A stretch of 16,226 nt of DNA from Ignavibacteriota bacterium (GCA_963776275.1 CAVZMI010000022.1:1-16226); one strand, 5' to 3'. Numbered from the stretch's first letter, positions 1 through 10,618 are shown. Made by a program: numbers and translations. The notes: generated by a model from the sequence alone, not told the origin.

Positions 1-124
1 GCTATTAACTGTAAAAGGCTTCCTTCTGCAATGTCCTTCCCCATCGGAAGGAAACCTTTTGCTACCCATATCATTCATTGCTTCTCATATACTTTTCATT
101 TATTTTTGTCGTTATGAGGTATCC

Positions 125-562
125 ATGATCGCATTAAAACCGAAAAGTTCCGGGAACCATACTATATTAGTAAATGAATTATTAGATATCTTCATGACAC
201 AGGGATTTATCATCGAAAGTGCCGCATGTGAGTATCGATTCTCATTACCAACTCCCATCAAAAATACCAAATACGGTGATCAGGAAGATAAAAGCCCGGA
301 TATCCTGGCATATGATTCCTCGGAAAAGCGGAGCATCATAGGTATGGTATGTTTGGGCGATGGCGATCTCGGGTCGGATGAAACACTGACTAAATTTAAC
401 GTTTTCTTGAATTGTCCGGTACTTCCAAAAGAAAAACCTGCACACCTCTTCATTATTGTACCGGCATCAAAAGTTATTGAAGCAACAGATGTGATTACCC
501 ATTATCTTCACCCTGAGTATTGGACGTCGATACAGATTGTCTCGTCGAAACGAATCTCCTGA
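125..562 (+). CDS. Hypothetical protein (~145 aa), possibly restriction-endonuclease-like fold
   Basis: ORF 59..562. ATG at 125 follows GAGGT (116-120), so it is the likelier start. The 'SPDILAYD' motif only weakly resembles PD-(D/E)XK proteins. Confidence 0.6.
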   Translation: MIALKPKSSGNHTILVNELLDIFMTQGFIIESAACEYRFSLPTPIKNTKYGDQEDKSPDILAYDSSEKRSIIGMVCLGDGDLGSDETLTKFNVFLNCPVLPKEKPAHLFIIVPASKVIEATDVITHYLHPEYWTSIQIVSSKRIS

Positions 563-713
563 AAGGATGTTTCCTACTCTATTCTTCTTTGCTTGCTGAT
601 TCACGGAATCAGGTGCAATAATGCTGCAAAATTTTATTATAGATTACCTGGGGGAACTCTTGAGTATCGTTCGATGTTAAACCTCAAAGGAAAAAACGTA
701 CTTTTTCACAGTT

Positions 714-1343
714 ATGATTATCATCGAACATATTACATCCGGTTCAATTGAGACGAACGGCTATGTCGTCGGCGATCCGATAGACCGTAGAGGCATTATC
801 ATCGATGCTCCGGAACATGGAGCCAGAGACATGCTCGATCTTGCAGCAAAACACGGCCTGACCATCACGCATATCGTCAACACCCACGGACACTGGGATC
901 ATATACCTGATAATACGACGCTAAAAAAGAATACCGCTGCGAAGTTGGTCATTCACAGAGACGACGCTCTCTATCTTCTGAATCCGGCGACGCTTCTCTT
1001 CCAGCTCCCGATTACGATAGAACCGATAACACCCGATGAGTACCTATCAGATAATCAAACCATTAAAGTCGGTTCCCTACAATTCGTTGTGCTCCACACG
1101 CCTGGGCATACACCGGGAAGCATTTGTCTCTACGAGCCGAATGAAAAAGTGGTATTCACCGGCGACACTCTGTTTGCAGGAAGCGTTGGACGAACCGATC
1201 TACCTGGAGGCAATTGGGAAATATTGTTGGAATCGATCAGAGAACGATTGCTGATTCTTCCGGATTCAACTATCGTTTATCCCGGCCACGGCCCCTCGTC
1301 CACGATAGGAGATGAACGGGCAGATAATCCCTTCCTCGAATAA
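714..1343 (+). CDS. MBL-fold metallo-hydrolase (glyoxalase II/YcbL-like)
   Basis: THGHWDH (HxHxDH), HTPGHT, FTGDTLF, GRTDLPGG and YPGHG motifs. Confidence 0.93.
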   Translation: MIIIEHITSGSIETNGYVVGDPIDRRGIIIDAPEHGARDMLDLAAKHGLTITHIVNTHGHWDHIPDNTTLKKNTAAKLVIHRDDALYLLNPATLLFQLPITIEPITPDEYLSDNQTIKVGSLQFVVLHTPGHTPGSICLYEPNEKVVFTGDTLFAGSVGRTDLPGGNWEILLESIRERLLILPDSTIVYPGHGPSSTIGDERADNPFLE

Positions 1344-1365
1344 TACGCTTTCCGTTTCCCCTTTT

Positions 1366-3351
1366 TCACTGTGGAATTGTTATTTGATCCCCGGGCTTGA
1401 TCTTTTTCTTCACACCACGATTTGCCTGCTGTAGTGTATTAACGGAGATATTGAATTTTTTCGAGATGCTCCAGAGCGTATCGCCTGGTTTTACCACGTA
1501 TCGATTAAGTGTTACACCTCTTTTTACCGTGCGCATCTTAAGATTACCGGACACTTTTTTCTTGGTCAATGGTTTTTGTATACCGGCGGTCTGATTTTGC
1601 GCAACATGGGAACTCCGGGTGTAGATCGTCAGGGTCTGGCCGATTCGAATTTTCGAGCCGTAGGGAATGTCGTTCCAATTCCGCAGGTCGCTGATCCGTG
1701 CGCCGTGATCAGCAGCGATTTTGCCGAGTGTATCGCCTTTCTTCACTCTATACGTAACTTGCTGACCTTTTAATGAACCTTTTACCGGTTTCGCTCTTGA
1801 TCGACGCGGAAGCTGCTCTTCATCGATATTCGAAGCGTATTCACGGCCGTCGTTCGGTACCGGAATAGTCAACACTTTACCGACCGAAATTCGCGCACCA
1901 TTTGGAAGACGATTCATTTCCCGGATGATCCCGACTGAGACTCCATAGTGCCTGGCGATTTTTGAGAGCGTTTCTCCACGGTGGATTTTATGAACTGCAA
2001 AATTTCTCCTCTGATTTTCCGGGACCGCAGCATATTTCACCGCGAACTGTTCTTTTCTTCCTGATGGAATTCGAAGCGTGTACATTTTTTTACCCGGCGG
2101 TGTTGTCCATCGGAGAAGTTCAGGGTTGAGATCCTGCAATGTATCAAGCGTTGTCGCGGCACACTGGGCTAATACTTTCAAATCTATTCCACCGCCCACC
2201 TTAACTGTATCCCAGGCCAACGGTGGTTCAATTTCGGCTAAATCGAATCCATATTCTGCCGGATTTAAACCGATAAGAGTGACAGCGATGAATTGCGGGA
2301 TATAGTTGCGGGTCTGTCTCGGTAAATATTTTCGCATCATCCAGAAATCTTCCGATCCGCTCCGGCGCTCACCTCTGTTTATCCATCCCGCACCCGCGTT
2401 GTACGCTCCGAGAACAAGGTACCAGTCGCCAAACAGTCCGTGTAAATCTCGAAGATGTTGTGCTGCAGCATGAGTTGCCTTTTCAAAGTCGCGCCGTTCA
2501 TCGTACCACCAGCAGCTCTGTAAATCGTATAACTGGCCTGTCCTCTTGATGAACTGCCAAATACCGACGGCATTTTTCCACGACCTCGCAACCGGATTCA
2601 AACCGCTCTCTGTCATTGCAAGAAATACCATTTCTTCCGGAACACCATACTCATGGAATATTCTCTTCATCAGTGGGAAATATTTGCCCGACATCCTGAG
2701 CCAGTGTTCCATATGATGCCGGCCCCGTCCCTGAAAAAAAGCAATATGCTGCTCGACGGAATAATTCATCACCAGCGGGATCGATGTCGCGGGCAATTTC
2801 GAGGGGAACTGAACACGACTGACATCCACTGTATCGATAACCTGATTGAGTTTCTCCCGAAGAGCAAAGACCGAGCTCTCGGGTCCGAGACTGTCAACCG
2901 AAGCGATGTACCGCTCATAATCTTCAATAACGCTTCGCAGCAGGTCGTGGAAATCCTGGTTCGCTTCGGTCTCAGGATAATTACTGAGCTCATCAAGAAG
3001 CAAAATTGCCTTTTCAAACTCGGCGGCGGTCTTCGCTGAATCTTCGGTACTCTGAGCATGAAGAGCGACAAGATAATGCAGACGGGCACGTTCGAGCTTC
3101 TTTGCAATGACATCGTTCGCGTCGCCGTTCAGGCTGTCAGGAAGCTCAGTCCCCGAAAGACTATCAGCCGCAACATCATATGACAGCGCCGTTGAATCCG
3201 GTGCATCCACAGTGAGCGAATCGGGAACAACAGGTGACACGGGAGAACTGTTGGATGGAGACTGACGGGGAACGGATTTCTGAGACGAGCAGCCTGCAAT
3301 TACTATGATAATAACGACAGCGAAGAAACCCCAACGTGATATACCTTTCAT
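1366..3351 (-). CDS. mltD: Membrane-bound lytic murein transglycosylase D-like lipoprotein with three LysM domains
   Basis: Lipobox IIAGC. SLT motifs [18 protein letters not shown] and YNAG. LysM repeats [26 protein letters not shown] and [13 protein letters not shown]. Confidence 0.88.
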   Translation of the reverse strand: MKGISRWGFFAVVIIIVIAGCSSQKSVPRQSPSNSSPVSPVVPDSLTVDAPDSTALSYDVAADSLSGTELPDSLNGDANDVIAKKLERARLHYLVALHAQSTEDSAKTAAEFEKAILLLDELSNYPETEANQDFHDLLRSVIEDYERYIASVDSLGPESSVFALREKLNQVIDTVDVSRVQFPSKLPATSIPLVMNYSVEQHIAFFQGRGRHHMEHWLRMSGKYFPLMKRIFHEYGVPEEMVFLAMTESGLNPVARSWKNAVGIWQFIKRTGQLYDLQSCWWYDERRDFEKATHAAAQHLRDLHGLFGDWYLVLGAYNAGAGWINRGERRSGSEDFWMMRKYLPRQTRNYIPQFIAVTLIGLNPAEYGFDLAEIEPPLAWDTVKVGGGIDLKVLAQCAATTLDTLQDLNPELLRWTTPPGKKMYTLRIPSGRKEQFAVKYAAVPENQRRNFAVHKIHRGETLSKIARHYGVSVGIIREMNRLPNGARISVGKVLTIPVPNDGREYASNIDEEQLPRRSRAKPVKGSLKGQQVTYRVKKGDTLGKIAADHGARISDLRNWNDIPYGSKIRIGQTLTIYTRSSHVAQNQTAGIQKPLTKKKVSGNLKMRTVKRGVTLNRYVVKPGDTLWSISKKFNISVNTLQQANRGVKKKIKPGDQITIPQ

Positions 3352-3472
3352 TCGCTCCCTTCATGTAATGACATAGTATAATATATCCCACAAAAAAAAG
3401 AAAATCAAGCTATTTTTCTTGTGAGCATTAGAACTATAAACATTTTGAGACGATTTTCTTTATTCCTCTGAG

Positions 3473-3583
3473 GGTTGCCACGACTCGCTTTTTAGAGATT
3501 ATAATCGTGGTTCGACCCCTCGATAGACTCGGGGCAGGTAAGTTCTCGACAAGCTCGACCCAAGGCTCGGCAACCTGGCTATT
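3473..3583. repeat. Degenerate copy of array unit A with nested short REP-like hairpins
   Basis: GGTTGCCACGACTCGCTTTTTAGAG...GGCTCGGCAACCTGGCTATT matches the start and end of unit A of the 174-bp array. The interior carries CCCCTCGATAGACTCGGGG and CTCGACAAGCTCGA. Confidence 0.75.
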
Positions 3584-3593
3584 GATAATTAAA

Positions 3594-3887
3594 TTAATGC
3601 CGTTTCTTTTTACTTTGACACACCGCTAATTCATGTAACTTGGTAAGGTTTTTTTCGATCAATGCATGTTTCTTATCATGGGACCAATTCTGGATCTGTT
3701 TTTCACGTAAGAATGCATCAATCACACAACGATATTTTTCATAATATACTAATTTTACAGGTAATCGATCCTTTGTATAATTTGCTCCTTGACCACTTTG
3801 GTGTTCCTTCAATCTTTTCTCAATATCCTTTGTACTTCCTGTATAGTATGTTCCATCGCAACATTCAAGAATATAAAGATAAGGCAT
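3594..3887 (-). CDS. Small GIY-YIG nuclease family protein (UPF0213-like)
   Basis: YLYILEC...YYTGST...RLKEH...ANYTK..LPVKLVYYE...AFLREKQIQ. Confidence 0.9.
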   Translation of the reverse strand: MPYLYILECCDGTYYTGSTKDIEKRLKEHQSGQGANYTKDRLPVKLVYYEKYRCVIDAFLREKQIQNWSHDKKHALIEKNLTKLHELAVCQSKKKRH

Positions 3888-3928
3888 ATTGTTTTGTAGT
3901 CAGTTCTTCCAATTTTTTGGCTTCTTGT

Positions 3929-4756
3929 GGTTGCCTCGACTCGCTTCTTAGTATGCTTTCTATATCCGCTCGGCAACCTGGCTGTTTTTTTCCCCTACAG
4001 CCAGTTCCCCGAGCGGACGTGAACGGCTATTTCAACAGCTAGTCGAGGGGAACGATCCTCAAATAAAAATTCTCAATCATAATGGTTTCCGATTCTATAA
4101 CAGGTTGCCTCGACTCGTTTTTTAGAGTGCTACTTATATTCGCTCGGCAACCTGGCTATTTTTTTCCCCTACAGCCAGTTCCCCGAACGGATGTGAACGG
4201 CTATTTCAACAGCTAGTCGAGGGGAACGATCCTCAAATAAAAATTCTCAATCATAATGGTTTCCGATTCTATAACAGGTTGCCTCGACTCGTTTTTTAGA
4301 GTGCTACTTATATTCGCTCGGCAACCTGGCTATTTTTTTCCCCTACAGCCAGTTCCCCGAACGGATGTGAACGGCTATTTCAACAGCTAGTCGAGGGGAA
4401 CGATCCTCAAATAAAAATTCTCAATCATAATGGTTTCCGATTCTATAACAGGTTGCCTCGACTCGTTTTTTAGAGTGCTACTTATATTCGCTCGGCAACC
4501 TGGCTATTTTTTTCCCCTACAGCCAGTTCCCCGAACGGATGTGAACGGCTATTTCAACAGCTAGTCGAGGGGAACGATCCTCAAATAAAAATTCTCAATC
4601 ATAATGGTTTCCGATTCTATAACAGGTTGCCTCGACTCGTTTTTTAGAGTGCTACTTATATTCGCTCGGCAACCTGGCTATTTTTTTCCCCTACAGCCAG
4701 TTCCCCGAACGGATGTGAACGGCTATTTCAACAGCTAGTCGAGGGGAACGATCCTC
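3929..4756. repeat. Tandem array, 174-bp period, ~4.8 copies; BIME-like (two inverted 50-bp hairpin units per period)
   Basis: GGTTGCCTCGACT starts at 3929, 4103, 4277, 4451 and 4625. Copies 2-5 look identical and copy 1 is slightly diverged. Confidence 0.95.
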
Positions 4757-4770
4757 TTTTTCATTGAGAT

Positions 4771-5868
4771 TCAGGGAATGATGCGATCGATAATCCCACC
4801 TCCGACAACATCGTCGCCTTCGTACAATACAATCGACTGACCCGGTGTCATGGCACGCTTCGGCTCATCAAAGAGAACCTCAAGCGATCCGTTTTCAGAT
4901 GTACGAACGACGGCCATGCTACCCGGATCCTTATAACGAATCTTTCCAGAGAGTCTTTTCCGCTCATTGATCTCTTCGTATTTTATAATATTCACATGAG
5001 ATGCTATAAGCCCGCGATGGAGAAGTTCGCCTTCACCACCGAGTATGATCCGGTTATTCTTTGGGTCGATCGATATTACATAGAGTGGAGCTGCCGATGA
5101 AATTCCCAGACCGCGGCGCTGACCGATAGTATAAAAAGGATAACCCTCATGTCTGCCGACAACTTTCCCGTCGACAACCACTTCCCCGCCGTCAACGCGT
5201 TCCTTAAGTCCCTTCACCTTCTCGCGCAGAAACCGCGCATAATCGTCATCGGGAATAAAGCATATCTCAAAGCTCTCGTCTTTCGTTGCAGGGAAGAGTT
5301 CGAACTTTGCGGCGAGTGTACGGACTTCATGCTTCGTAAGCCCGGCAAGCGGAAAAAGTGTTCTGCTCAATAATTTCTGATCCAGGCCCCAGAGTGCATA
5401 CGATTGATCCTTCGACTCGTCCTTCCCTTTTGAAAGCACATACCGGTTGAGAGTTTGATCTAATCTTATTCTTGCATAATGGCCGGTGGCTATGAATTCC
5501 GCATCGAGTTCATCGGCTTTGCGGATGAGTTCACTCCATTTAACTCCAGGGTTACATATAACGCAGGGATTTGGGGTTCGGCCGGCGAGATATTCATCTA
5601 CAAAATAATCTATCACAAGGTGTTCAAATTTTTCTGAAACATCAAGGACTTGATGAGGGAAACCAAGCTTCGAGGCAACAGTCCGGGCATCGTTGATATG
5701 ATCGGGAGAGCAACAGGTTTTCCGATTGTAGATATTTCCGTGTTGGTAGGTCTTTAATGTAATGCCGATGACATCATATCCGGCTTCAATGAGAAGAGCG
5801 GCCGCAACCGAAGAATCGACTCCTCCACTCATCGCTACAACAACTTTCTTCCGACCGTTTGATGCCAA
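4771..5868 (-). CDS. mnmA: tRNA 2-thiouridine(34) synthase MnmA
   Basis: AMSGGVDSS, TPNPCVICN, ATGHYAR, KDQSYAL, ESFEICF, YTIGQRRGLG and TPGQSIVLY motifs. Likely start is TTG at 5868 after GAGGAG. The ORF extension to 6030 runs through repeats. Confidence 0.95.
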   Translation of the reverse strand: MASNGRKKVVVAMSGGVDSSVAAALLIEAGYDVIGITLKTYQHGNIYNRKTCCSPDHINDARTVASKLGFPHQVLDVSEKFEHLVIDYFVDEYLAGRTPNPCVICNPGVKWSELIRKADELDAEFIATGHYARIRLDQTLNRYVLSKGKDESKDQSYALWGLDQKLLSRTLFPLAGLTKHEVRTLAAKFELFPATKDESFEICFIPDDDYARFLREKVKGLKERVDGGEVVVDGKVVGRHEGYPFYTIGQRRGLGISSAAPLYVISIDPKNNRIILGGEGELLHRGLIASHVNIIKYEEINERKRLSGKIRYKDPGSMAVVRTSENGSLEVLFDEPKRAMTPGQSIVLYEGDDVVGGGIIDRIIP

Positions 5869-5946
5869 AGGCTCCTCGTAACTAGTGGATGAAATTCTAT
5901 CTTCAATATATGAAATTTTTGAAGGAGATACCAAAATCCTAATAGA

Positions 5947-6474
5947 AAATATAACCACAGAGAGCACAGAGATAAATAGAAGAGGACACTGCGCCAAAGG
6001 CGCATGCGCCTCCGGCGCAAGAGGATCCACAAAGGACGCGGAATTTAAGGTCGTGTAGAATGAATCACCCTACGGATGCCGTCTTTCAATAATACTACAT
6101 TGAAATTGATTAGTAGTCCTAATTTGCATTGTGTAAGACGCAAATATGTCAGAACTTGCGCTAGATGAATATCGTTGAGAGCTTCAACTGATTTTACTTC
6201 AATGATAAGTCGATTCTCAACGAAAAGATCAATACGATAGCCACATTCGAGATATACTTTTTCATATACCAACGGCAATGGGAATTCTTTTTGAACCCAA
6301 AGACCTCCTTTTAGCATCTCATAGTACAAGCATTCCTTATAGGCTGATTCCAGAAGTCCAGGCCCAATGCCTGATGAACTTTAATCGCACAGCCAATTAC
6401 TCTTGTGGCTATTTCATTTTCTATCATCTCTCTGTGTCCTTTTTTTATTCTTTGTGTCCTCCGTGGTTATATTT
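5947..6474. mobile_element. Putative inverted-repeat-bounded element carrying a GxxExxY gene
   Basis: AAATATAACCACAGAGAGCACAGAGATAAA (5947-5976) versus the reverse complement of 6444-6474, AAATATAACCACGGAGGACACAAAGAATAAA. Confidence 0.55.
6045..6427 (-). pseudogene. GxxExxY protein (PD-(D/E)XK nuclease-like) with a 1-nt frameshift
   Basis: MIENEIATRVIGCAIKVHQALG from ATG 6427. A shift near 6362 restores (P)GLLESAYKECLYYEM...YRIDLFVE..IIEVKSVE...HLAQVLTYL...GLLINF. Confidence 0.85.
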
Positions 6475-6490
6475 AACGAAGCACAATCCG

Positions 6491-8409
6491 CTAGAAAGAA
6501 ATATCCATTTGAATATGCAGTGAATTATCGAGACCACCGTCAATTGTATCATATCCGCTTCCGAGCGACTTCACCCCGCTCTTTCGCAGTTCAGAATATT
6601 TCACACTGAATTTGCACACGTTGCCGACCGTGTAAGACGCAAGCAGATACCATCGAAATCCTTTCCCGAAAAGAGCAGGAGCCGTGAACACTCCGCTTAC
6701 ATCCCCTTCGTACTCATAAAGCGCAGACTGGTACGAATCGGTCTCATAGTACACTATCCTACCTTCGACCTTGAACTTTGGACGAATATTTACACGAACA
6801 TTTTGATATAGAAGTAATCCACTCTCGATAGATGAATCGTATACTCGAGTTAATTCGATCCGCGTATGAAATACAAATCCCGGCCAGGGTTCAATTTCCA
6901 CGTCACCGCGGGGCATCTGATGCTTCCGCTCATTAATCTCCTGCCGAGTATCAACCCGGTATCGTATTCTTAACTGAGTTGATTTTGAAAGATCGGCTTC
7001 GAGCTCCACGAGGACATCCCGGCCGTTTGTCGTGAGCGAATTCTGGTAGGTGCGCCATGGAAATTCATAAAAATCCCAGTAAGTCGAAAACCTCATATTT
7101 GAGAGAATATCCGTTCTAAATCCAATATAAACGCCGCGCTCGTTCTGCATCGTTTCGCCGTGCTCCCCAAAACTCGATCCGAAGAGCGAAACGAATCTTT
7201 CGGGATACAACCGATACCCGACAGCGCATTGGAGCGATGGCAAACGGAGCACGATTCCCGTCGTCCCGCCGATGATTCCGCTGCGATCCCTCATCCACTC
7301 TCCCGATAGATAAAGCGATTCCCGGTTTGTCTCGAGAGGAAATTCTGCATCATAATCGAACGCGAACGATGTATAATCACTTCCTGAAGGTTTGAAAGGA
7401 TCGTCCGGCGACAGCGATGGATCAAGACGTGCACTGTACCACAGGCAGCCGATGTTGGCATTCTGCAGAAAAGTCCAGCCAAGGCGGGCTCCGATAATGC
7501 TTTCCCGAGCGGCAGCATACTTGGCTTTTTCGGCATCGGCCTATGATACCCGAGATCATAGAGCGATGATATTGCGCCTGAATCGTTTAATGTGGCATCG
7601 ATGGTTTTTCTGGAGAGAAAGAAATATCCATCAACAGAGCTCGCTTTGAAATTGACTCCCCCACCCCGGAAGAAATGCGTTTCACCTGTCGACCGATATG
7701 GAACCACACCGCGCGTTGTGCGCGATAAGGGTAGAATCACGTCGCTCCCCTTTCCGAACGATGAGGAATACCCGAATGCCGCGCCATTACCGCTCTCAAC
7801 AGTAAAATCGCCTGCGACGGCTGAAGTAATGAACCCTATTTTTTTCAATAAGATATAGCCGCTCATAAAATCGGTGAACGAAGATTCCCCGGCATCCTTC
7901 TCTGTGAGAAACGAGGTTTCAATATCATCGTTCACCTTCCATGTCAAGCGATTCATCACAGCAGGGCGCGATCCTTTATACATTCCTGTTGTATATCCAC
8001 GTGATTTCTGGAAATCATACATACATCGAGACCTCAGCAGCACAGACGGCTGATGTTCCGGTAATCCAAGACCTGTAAACGTATGCAAATACGATAGGAG
8101 CCGTGGATCAAGATCTTGGATATCGTCGATTTGCGACATCGTCCGCAGCGTTCCAGCTTCTGTTTTTCTTTTCAGAATCATGTCGGCAGTGAGCGGGTTC
8201 ATTCCGGGAATAGAGAGAAGCTCTTCTTTTGTAGCGGTGTTAAGATCGACCGGTTGTTCGATTCGATCGTTTAAATCCTCAAGAACTTGCTGACCGGACA
8301 GCGACTGCATTTGGTCTTCAATGATATAATCAATATTTGTAGAATCGATAAGCGACTGCGCATAAAGGCTGATAGAAAAAATAAACCAGCACATGAAAAT
8401 TTTTTTCAA
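6491..8409 (-). pseudogene. Helix-hairpin-helix (ComEA-like) domain plus outer-membrane beta-barrel protein, split by a 1-nt frameshift (possibly a sequencing error)
   Basis: PVDLNTATKEELLSIPGM HhH motif and EKDAGE. After GYHR (~7540) the shifted frame DAEKAKYAAARESIIG... stays open and is in frame with ORF 6491..7294, which ends in Phe. Confidence 0.8.
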
Positions 8410-9269
8410 CGTGATTCGTTCCTTTCGAGTAGTCCTACGCGGGGTGAATTTGGCGGGATAGGTAAAAAAGAGATCGCGAGAGTCACGTAATGACTGATTC
8501 CAAGCGGCTGATGATATTGAATAGCATATTCAACATGAAAATACGAGAATGAGAATCCGAACCCGCCGGCGATTATCGACGGCTCGCTCGATGTACCGAC
8601 CGAGAATGAAAGCGCATTCAATGGCGTGTATTCGAGCCCATATTTCATTGAAACCGGAAATTGAAAATCTTTAAACAGCTCTGCCGATACAGAAACACGA
8701 GGCAGCAGGTCGATCGCAATGCCGATTGTTATAGTCTGCGGCAGCGGTTCGCGCGACGATCCTATGCGCGGGTTGTTAATATTTGTAACGACAAAACCGG
8801 CACGGATCGAAGAACCGAAATGTGTTATGACCCCGGCATCGAGTCCGGCAGTTCCGCCGCTTCCATAATTTTGGATGGAAAGATGATAGTACGAGAGTGA
8901 AAGGCCGATATCGAAAATCGAGCCGATAGATCGTCCCCACGAAACGCGTCCTGTGAATTCCTGATACAGCTCATAACCGAAGGCCGAAGCCGATGCGCCT
9001 AAACCTCCGACTTTTGTATCGAACGCACCGCCTGCACCGGCTTCTTTAAGCTCTGTGATTCCAAATGGGGCCGGATTAAACGAGCCGAGAAGGTATGCGC
9101 ACCCCGGTTTTGCTAGAGAGGCGGGATTTACGAGCCACTGGCCAAAACCATAAGATGCGACTCCGCTCGTTCCCATACTAAATGCTGAAGCGGGACGGAA
9201 TGATCGTTCGAATCCGGCATGGAGCGATATTGGGAGGATTAAGAACAGCAAAACCAATCGCAGCGACAT
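8406..9269 (-). CDS. Predicted outer-membrane beta-barrel protein (PorV/PorQ/FadL-like)
   Basis: Signal peptide MSLRLVLLFLILPISLHA, then SMG...NPASL, G..LDAG, V.TNIN and EYA.QYH..LG.SH motifs. Overlaps the HhH gene start. Confidence 0.65.
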   Translation of the reverse strand: MSLRLVLLFLILPISLHAGFERSFRPASAFSMGTSGVASYGFGQWLVNPASLAKPGCAYLLGSFNPAPFGITELKEAGAGGAFDTKVGGLGASASAFGYELYQEFTGRVSWGRSIGSIFDIGLSLSYYHLSIQNYGSGGTAGLDAGVITHFGSSIRAGFVVTNINNPRIGSSREPLPQTITIGIAIDLLPRVSVSAELFKDFQFPVSMKYGLEYTPLNALSFSVGTSSEPSIIAGGFGFSFSYFHVEYAIQYHQPLGISHYVTLAISFLPIPPNSPRVGLLERNESR

Positions 9270-9353
9270 AAATAGAAGTATAAAATGAGTGATAAGTGAG
9301 GCCTCATTAGTATTACCGCTATCAAATGAGATTTTGTGACAGTCGAACAAAAA

Positions 9354-9382
9354 TTGCATTTTAATTCGCAATTTTGTACAAT
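9354..9382 (+). promoter_or_regulatory. Candidate sigma70 promoter for the recombinase
   Basis: TTGCAT-N17-TACAAT, overlapped by the inverted repeat AAAATTGC-N10-GCAATTTT (9350-9375). Confidence 0.4.
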
Positions 9383-10311
9383 TACCCATCAAATCAGAAT
9401 ACATTATTAAGCAGCTCTGACTAGGTATAACGCTATATCAGGAAGGCATGTTAACTCCGCTTGTAACCCGGAATCGTTCTATTAATTGTAGAGGAACAAT
9501 TCTGGGAAAAAATGGAACAGCTTCAAAGTAAGCCGGGATTTTTCGAGACAGTCCGGCGCGAGATGCGCCTGAAAAACTATAGCTCGAAAACGATCAAATC
9601 GTATATTAGCTGGCTTCATTCCTTTGTGAGTTATTTTCGACCGCGGCACCCGCGCGATGTGACAGAGGACGATATTCACTCGTACCTGCTTTACTTGATC
9701 GAGGAACGTCAATTCCAGGCATCGAGCGTTAACCAGGTTTTTAACGCTCTACGATTACTGTATGTCGATTTATATGGAATGCCTTTTAAGATCGATTCAA
9801 TACCTCGGCCGATGAAGGAGAAAAGACTACCTGATGTATTGAATCAGGAAGAGGTTCTAAGAATATTCAGAGAAATTGATAATCTAAAACATAAAGTAAT
9901 GTTGATGATCGCCTATGGAAGCGGATTACGCGTGGGCGAGGTTGTTCGTTTGCGAACCGAAGATCTTGATGTGGTAAGGATGGTTATTCATGTACGAGAA
10001 GGAAAGCATAAAAAGGATCGATACACAATTCTTTCAAGAGCGGTACTGAGTGCTCTCCATGCTTATGTACAATTATATAAGATTACTGAGGTCGGATGGC
10101 TTTTTCCCGGTGCAAAACCGGGACGACATTTATCAGAACGGAGCATCCAGGAAGTCATTGAACGTGCAGTGAAATCAGCCAGTATCCGCAAGACGGTCTC
10201 TATGCATACACTCCGGCATTCATTTGCGACAGCTCTATTGGAACATGGAACGGATATACGGTACATTCAAGAGTTATTAGGACATGGCAGTATTAAAACG
10301 ACAGAAATTTA

Positions 10312-10618
10312 CCCCGTGAGATATCATTTCGTCTAAATAAAGAATCACATCATGATAGCAATCCAATATTACTTCGTCTATGTTCTACAATCAATGAAAG
10401 ATGGTTTTTTCTATGTCGGATTTACTCGGGATCTAAATAAAAGAATGACAGAACATGATGAAGGAAAGGTTTTTTCAACAAAGCACAGGCAACCTTTGGT
10501 CCTGGTTTACTATGAGGGATCTTTGAGTCAGAAAGATGCAACAAGGAGAGAAAAGTATCTAAAAACCGCATGGGGAAAAAGATACATAAAGAATCGATTA
10601 AAAGATAATCTCACGGGG
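10312..10618 (+). mobile_element. 307-bp TIR element with TA target duplication encoding only a GIY-YIG nuclease
   Basis: TA|CCCCGTGAGAT (10312-10322)...ATCTCACGGGG (10608-10618)|TA. Removing it and one TA restores ATT TAT ACT CAT (IYTH). Confidence 0.88.

Noticed and set aside
3662-4042. 126-aa plus-strand ORF
   Set aside because: It is antisense to the GIY-YIG gene and runs into the repeat array.
3929-4756. CRISPR array
   Set aside because: The period is 174 bp, the intervening sequences are identical rather than unique spacers, and there are no cas genes in the window.
5869-6030. N-terminal extension of MnmA in the ORF track
   Set aside because: It translates palindromic repeats. MnmA similarity starts at KKVVVAMSGG.
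9270-9404. N-terminal extension of ORF 8406..9404
   Set aside because: The signal peptide begins at ATG 9269, and the extension overlaps the AT-rich divergent promoter region.
10312-10618. Intein or group I intron in the recombinase
   Set aside because: There is an in-frame stop and no Cys/Ser...His-Asn splice motifs. Only ~40 non-coding nt are present, too few for a ribozyme core. TIRs plus TA fit a DNA insertion better.
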